Assembly: GCA_963729045.1 (NCBI GenBank)
Contig: CAVSMN010000012.1
Span: forward strand, 192,001-256,000
Direction of reading: 5' to 3'
DNA: 64,000 bases
Source of the DNA: an uncultured Nitrososphaeraceae archaeon
GTDB taxonomy: Archaea > Thermoproteota > Nitrososphaeria > Nitrososphaerales > Nitrososphaeraceae
Made by a program: the position numbers and the translations under genes. Positions 58,797 through 64,000 of this stretch are shown here, piece by piece (positions within the stretch are counted from its first letter, which is position 1; each line of letters starts with the position of its first letter). The notes under the pieces are model-generated. The model had not been told where the DNA came from. It made no database searches and was given only the letters and a program-made list of their open reading frames with translations.

Positions 58797-60120
58797 CAAT
58801 TCTTTTATTAATATCTAAAACAATCTCCAATTGGGTGTCCATTATCTTATTTAGAGAATGTGAGTCTATGGCTAAAGGAGGAATTACAATAATGGTATTT
58901 CCAAGAGACCTGAGTAGGACACCTCTTTTGAGTGATTCTCTTATAACAAAATAGTTAATGGGTATGTTATCCACCATGGTAATGGGTTTACCATTGAATG
59001 CAAGATCAAATCCTGCCAGCAATCCTTTCGCTCTAACATTTTTTACAATTGGAATAAATTGAAATTCTTGTAACCTCTTCTTAAGTTGCTTGCTATTTGA
59101 TCTAATCTTATCAAGCAGATGATTCTCTTTGTACATTTTTAGATTTTCAAGAACAGCTGTGCAGCCAATTGGGTGTCCAGCATAAGTGTGACCGTGAAAT
59201 AAGTGTTTTCGATCTCCTAAATCCCCAGAAAATTCTTGGAATATTTTTTTGGATGTTAATGTAAGGGCTAATGGAAAATAACCCCCTGTGATTGCTTTGC
59301 CAAAACATGCAATGTCCGGAACGCTTCTTTGGGGTATGTATTCGATCATATTTCCGAGTCGTCCAAACCCGGTCGCGATTTCGTCTAAAATCAATAAAAT
59401 GTTATGTTTTTTGCACATTTCATTAATTTTCTTTTGATAACCCGTTGGATAAATATTAACCCCTCCAGCCAATTGGGCACCACTTTCCATTATTAGTGCT
59501 GCAGTTTTATCCGCATTTTTCTCAATTATCTTTTCTGTTCTTTCTAGCAAAAGATTTAAATTTTCTAAATTAACTATCCCATCTAGGGTTACCTTTTTAG
59601 GACTCGGGATTACATGACATTTAAATAACAACCTTTTGTAACTCTTAAAGTATTTGTCAACATAACCTACTGACATCGCACCAATAGTATCGCCGTGGTA
59701 ACCATCAGCTATTGACAAAAATGAGGTTTTCTTCAAATTACCTTGATTATTCCAGTATTGTATAGCAATCTTTAGTGCGGCTTCTATAGCCGAGGAACCG
59801 TTATCCGTGAAAAATACTTTGTTCAGGCCTCTAGCTAGTTTTAAGAATTCATTTGATAGCTCAATTGATTTATCATTTCCTATTCCAAAAATAGTTGAGT
59901 GAGGTATCTGTTTAATCTGATTGATCATTGCTTTTGTAATTCGATTACTGCTAAATCCCCAAACATTGCACCACATATTAGATATTCCATCTAGATATCT
60001 GTTACCTTCGCTATCACAAAAATAAAAACCACTTCCAGATCTAATAATTCTCCTATTTAGATATTTGGTATAATCATGCATTTGTGTATAAGGATACCAA
60101 ATGTTGTCACTTTTTGACAA
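58789..60120 (-). CDS. bioA: Adenosylmethionine-8-amino-7-oxononanoate transaminase
   Basis: IWYPYTQM, FFTDNGSSAIEAALK, GYHGDTIGAMS, DEIATGFGRLG, GKAITGGYFPL, FHGHTYAG. Confidence 0.94.
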   Translation of the reverse strand: MSKSDNIWYPYTQMHDYTKYLNRRIIRSGSGFYFCDSEGNRYLDGISNMWCNVWGFSSNRITKAMINQIKQIPHSTIFGIGNDKSIELSNEFLKLARGLNKVFFTDNGSSAIEAALKIAIQYWNNQGNLKKTSFLSIADGYHGDTIGAMSVGYVDKYFKSYKRLLFKCHVIPSPKKVTLDGIVNLENLNLLLERTEKIIEKNADKTAALIMESGAQLAGGVNIYPTGYQKKINEMCKKHNILLILDEIATGFGRLGNMIEYIPQRSVPDIACFGKAITGGYFPLALTLTSKKIFQEFSGDLGDRKHLFHGHTYAGHPIGCTAVLENLKMYKENHLLDKIRSNSKQLKKRLQEFQFIPIVKNVRAKGLLAGFDLAFNGKPITMVDNIPINYFVIRESLKRGVLLRSLGNTIIVIPPLAIDSHSLNKIMDTQLEIVLDINKRIVS

Positions 60121-60216
60121 ATATAGTTTACCTATTCTTGAGTTGATTAATAAATTCCTTATCCTTATATTCTTGAAATATATATTGAAAGCCTATTAAT
60201 GTAAACTGCTAACCTA

Positions 60217-60780
60217 ATGGAGTTAAAGGAGTTATTATACTTAAAGATCGATCAACTTGGAATAGATTTTATTAAAACGAAAATTAAAGAAAACATTCTA
60301 AATTCAGATTACATAATCAAACAATTACTTAAAGAATGTATTAGTTCAAGAGGTGTTCAAAATTTATCTCATTCTGACTACATCTGCTTGGCTGAAGGTT
60401 TGATGCATTATTTACTTGCAATCACTATAACGCCATCACAGAGGAAAATTAGTATCAATCATACTGAAGTAAGCATTCTTGTTCCGGGTGCTAGAGATTT
60501 AAAAAATGGTGGTGAAAAAGTGATAATTATTCAATTTTTAAAAGGGGATGAGGTTGAATATGAGCAGACCATTAGTGAGTTGTTGAAAATGCAGCCAACT
60601 CGCGATAATATTTGGTTAGTCTCATACTGTCCTATAGTAACTAGATTTCCACTTAAGAATTTTGTAATCGATGGCGAGTCAATTGGAAACAAGGAGCTTG
60701 TGCAGCCCTTTTCAAAATTGATGATTGAAATAAATAACTTTCTCGATCGGATTAATTACACCGGTTTTCGAATTCTCTGA
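60217..60780 (+). CDS. Hypothetical protein
   Basis: 187-aa clean ORF; no motif recognised with confidence. Confidence 0.65.
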   Translation: MELKELLYLKIDQLGIDFIKTKIKENILNSDYIIKQLLKECISSRGVQNLSHSDYICLAEGLMHYLLAITITPSQRKISINHTEVSILVPGARDLKNGGEKVIIIQFLKGDEVEYEQTISELLKMQPTRDNIWLVSYCPIVTRFPLKNFVIDGESIGNKELVQPFSKLMIEINNFLDRINYTGFRIL

Positions 60781-60836
60781 GTATGATTTCATGTTTCATA
60801 ATTCGAGTTTTGAAATATAATGTTGGTAGAAAATTT

Positions 60837-61166
60837 ATGAAGAAATACAAGATTGAATTTTACGCATTAAGATCTGAATACAATGAAATAAGAAGTTATT
60901 TTGAACAAATACCTCTTGATATTATAATATCTGGACTTCGATTTTCAAATAATAGATACAGAGCAAAAGTGGGAGGTTACTTAAATCCAGGACGCAAGAG
61001 CCTAGTCAAAAAGGAGACGGCACTATTGACAAAAAAACAAGCCCGAGTTAGACTAAAAAACTGGAAGATCATGATAAAAAAATATCGGGAAAGAGGTTAT
61101 AGCTATCCCACCATTTACCGGATAAAAATGAGGTTAAACGCTATTATCAATGATATAGATCCCTAA
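60837..61166 (+). CDS. Small basic hypothetical protein
   Basis: MKKYKIEFY..PGRKS..YRERGYSYPTIYRIK; Lys/Arg-rich; internal ATG at 60837 preferred. Confidence 0.65.
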   Translation: MKKYKIEFYALRSEYNEIRSYFEQIPLDIIISGLRFSNNRYRAKVGGYLNPGRKSLVKKETALLTKKQARVRLKNWKIMIKKYRERGYSYPTIYRIKMRLNAIINDIDP

Positions 61167-61188
61167 AATAGTAATAGTTGATTATTTG

Positions 61189-61851
61189 TCAATATAGAGA
61201 GTTACTCTCTGAGATTTTAGAATCTAATCCTGTATTTGGTAAATCAGGGAATTTATCCTTCATGTTTTGCTCGACGATGGCACTTGCCTCTTCAATTATT
61301 TTCAAAGCGTCTTCGCTTACAGCACTAGTGTTCCCATTAATATCAGAAGTTGTTGGTATTTGTCCAGAATCATTCATTATACCATTTAATATGTCGGTGA
61401 TCTTTCCAAATGACTGTCCAGCTTCTGGTATCATTGAATTTAATCCTCCTTGAATATTCTTTATTACTGACATAGCAGGGCTCAAAGTAACAACGACATC
61501 ACCTAGCTCGGTAATAGTATTCAATCTGAGTTGAATTTGTTCCAACGCCAATTTTGCTGATGTAATCATCTTATTCATTTTCCTGATTTGTGATAATTCG
61601 TTAGATAGGATTTTAGCATATTGACTATCATGATTCTGCATTGCACTAATAATTCTCTTAAATATGATTTGATCCTTCTCGTCCATCTTTGCTGACATAC
61701 TTTCCAATTTTGCAATCTGAGAGTGTAGCCTCTTTTGTGCCTCTTCTATTCTAGGCTTTAATGGCGAGGGGGGTTTTATGTTCTCTAATAGTTTCATACC
61801 TACATTACTTATCTCATTTTGTGGTTTGATCCATTTGTTGCTGAAAGACAT
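61189..61851 (-). CDS. cdvB: ESCRT-III / Snf7 family cell-division protein (CdvB paralogue)
   Basis: Coiled coil, YAKILSNELSQIRKM, ALEQIQLRLNTITELGDVVVTLSPA, EDALKIIEEAS..KFPDLP. Confidence 0.9.
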   Translation of the reverse strand: MSFSNKWIKPQNEISNVGMKLLENIKPPSPLKPRIEEAQKRLHSQIAKLESMSAKMDEKDQIIFKRIISAMQNHDSQYAKILSNELSQIRKMNKMITSAKLALEQIQLRLNTITELGDVVVTLSPAMSVIKNIQGGLNSMIPEAGQSFGKITDILNGIMNDSGQIPTTSDINGNTSAVSEDALKIIEEASAIVEQNMKDKFPDLPNTGLDSKISESNSLY

Positions 61852-61962
61852 TTACTTTTATACCCTCTCCCAATGTAAAATTTTGTATATAAAGGTGTAT
61901 TTTTCTCCATTCATGTAACCGAAGTGACAATATTCAGTGGTTACATTTCATAAGGCTAAAAT

Positions 61963-62921
61963 TTATACTGGATAAGCGCCGCAAGTCTTGCAAAAACTGC
62001 CCTTCCAAATAAATATAATGTTACAAGAGGGACATCTTTTAGATTTTTCAGGTTGATCACAGATTTGATGAATAGGTGGGTCAAAAAATTTTCTATATAT
62101 TTGATAATAAAACATATGCTCTTTAGTTCTAATTGAAACTCCTTCGTTTTTTGCCTTACTATATCCTTCAAGGAAATTCTGCACCGGTAATACTATTTTC
62201 TAAATACGGTATAATCTTATTTATCCCTGATCCACTTTCTAATGCTTCTTTCCTTCTCCAAGTAATTTCGTCTCCCAACATTTCTCTAAAACAACTTCTT
62301 AAAAAAAATTTTCCATAAACCATGCTATTGTGTACAGCGATTTTTTCATTTACTGATAATGACTGACTAAACTTTATGATAGTATTATCAAGAAACGGGG
62401 TTGTTATTCCGAGATCGTATTTTTTTGAGAATATAATTGATACAAACTCCATATTTTGAACTATCTTATTTAATTTTGATTGCAAAATCTCTGGAGTCTT
62501 AAGGTATTTACCCAGAAAGTTATACCCACCGAAGAGTTCATCTGCCCCATCTCCTAGAATAATCATATTTGATTTAAGCCTTTTCGCCTCTTTAAATCCC
62601 AAAAGCTGAACTACACTATTTCTTAGGAATATCGGATCAAATGTCTTAAAGTCCCTTATCAGTTCATCGCAGGTTTTCCAAGATTATTTTCATAGATGGC
62701 ATTACAATGTGATGATTTAGGGCATATTTCTTCGCGATTAAAGTAGAATATAGATAATCGGAACAATTTTGATCGATAGATACAGTTATGGCTTCTCTCG
62801 GATGCATATAATTAAGAAGGATACTACTATCTAATCCTCCAGATAGTAATATAGACCCCCCATGGGATTTCCTGCATACGTTTTGCAGAAGTTCTTGGAA
62901 TTCTTTATATGAATTTAGCAA
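61963..62921 (-). CDS. Asparagine-synthase-like PP-loop ATPase with a C-terminal Zn ribbon, split by two frameshifts
   Basis: LLSGGLDSS, GDGADELFGGY, TPFLD, GKFFLR, WRRKE..GSG, CPSC..FCKTCGAYP; no glutaminase domain. Confidence 0.82.
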
Positions 62922-62978
62922 ACATTATAGATATCGATTTTACGTTTATAAATCTAAATCGTTAAACCTTAAACCTGA

Positions 62979-64000
62979 ATGGAATTTAGAGCAAAAAAAA
63001 AATGTATTAATCCATCCTGCGGGATAGAATATTCCATAGATAATGATATTTATCGTTGCTCTTGCGGCTTTCTTCTAGATATAAAATATCCAGATGTCCC
63101 TAATAGAGAATTGATCGAAGTATTTTATCAACGACGTAATTTTGGAGGGAATATTTTCAATGAAAGTGGTGTATGGCGATATAGAGAATTATTAAATTTT
63201 GTTGACGTTGATACTGAGAGCGTGCAAGATTGCTCCAAATTATTAGTATCACTGGATGGTTCAGAAGGTAGATCTTCAAGGCCATACCAAATGAGTAAGG
63301 TTGCAAAGTACGTCAATTTACCCAATAACAATTTATTCCTTCAACCTGAGGGTTATAACCCGAGTGGGTCCTTCAAGGATAATGGAATGGCTGCTGCAGT
63401 CACACACGCAAAGTTATTGAGTGTTAAGAAAATAGTTTGTGCCTCTACTGGAAATACTTCGGCATCTGCTGCAATGTATGCCTCAAATGAAGGATTTGAT
63501 TGTGATGTTTACATCCCCAGAGGTGAAATAGCTCCCGGAAAGCTTGGTCAAGCCTTTCAATTTGGCGCTCAAGTACTTCAAGTGGATGGTAATTTTGATG
63601 ATGCTCTAACACTATCTTTAGAGATAGCCTCGAAAGAAGGCGGATATACCGTAAACTCTTTGAATCCATTTAGAATTGAAGGTCAAAAAACCATAATTTA
63701 TCGGATAATGGAATATCTTAATTGGAACCCGCCTGACTGGATCGTATACCCTGGAGGTGCTCTAGGTAATATATCCAGTTGTGGAAAGGCGCTCATTGAG
63801 CTCTACGAATGGGGTTGGATAAAAAAGATACCTCGCGTTTTGGTCGTAAATGCTGCAGGAGCAAATACTTTTTATCAACTAGTAAATGGGTTGTTTGAGG
63901 ATACCGAACTAAAATGGAATGCCGGAAAAGTTAATACTGATCTAATTGACCGATTCTATCAAAAACAGCAAGAAAGGAATATTATACCTAAGACACAAGC
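62979..64000 (+). CDS. thrC: Threonine synthase, 3'-truncated by the window (absent from the ORF track)
   Basis: SGVWRYRELL, EGYNPSGSFKDNG (PLP lysine), CASTGNTSAS, NSLNPFRIEGQKT, PGGALGN. Confidence 0.95.
   Translation, partial: MEFRAKKKCINPSCGIEYSIDNDIYRCSCGFLLDIKYPDVPNRELIEVFYQRRNFGGNIFNESGVWRYRELLNFVDVDTESVQDCSKLLVSLDGSEGRSSRPYQMSKVAKYVNLPNNNLFLQPEGYNPSGSFKDNGMAAAVTHAKLLSVKKIVCASTGNTSASAAMYASNEGFDCDVYIPRGEIAPGKLGQAFQFGAQVLQVDGNFDDALTLSLEIASKEGGYTVNSLNPFRIEGQKTIIYRIMEYLNWNPPDWIVYPGGALGNISSCGKALIELYEWGWIKKIPRVLVVNAAGANTFYQLVNGLFEDTELKWNAGKVNTDLIDRFYQKQQERNIIPKTQ

Overview
AT-rich core-genome segment of an ammonia-oxidising archaeon (Nitrososphaerota/Thaumarchaeota). The 16S sequence, low GC and gene content suggest Nitrososphaeraceae, probably Nitrosocosmicus-like; this is an inference, not a database result. 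The window holds a 16S-23S rRNA operon with a ~1 kb spacer (no tRNA, no linked 5S) and the S10/spc ribosomal protein cluster rpl3 to rpl6 (no rpl2). It also carries nop5-fibrillarin, rnhB, trm1, pyrE, tbp, a fumC/aspA-like lyase, rpl39e-rpl31e, a degenerate FtsZ, a tRNA methylthiotransferase, hemL, HtrA, UbiD, a Dps-like protein, ilvD, purC, proteasome alpha, an ESCRT-III/CdvB paralogue and thrC. A tRNA-Asn has a non-canonical intron. At least 17 genes, several essential, carry single-base indels that look like long-read assembly errors. The most unusual elements are: (1) a biotin cluster (bioA, bioB, bioF) split by an intact stand-alone serine resolvase/invertase, with repeated dyad motifs and an 11-bp inverted repeat around the shared bioB/recombinase promoter region; (2) a perfect 6x20-bp tandem array at the left edge of that cluster; (3) a tiny secreted peptide whose mature part is 11/36 methionine, a candidate copper-binding peptide; (4) several small Cys-rich or membrane ORFs missed by the ORF track.
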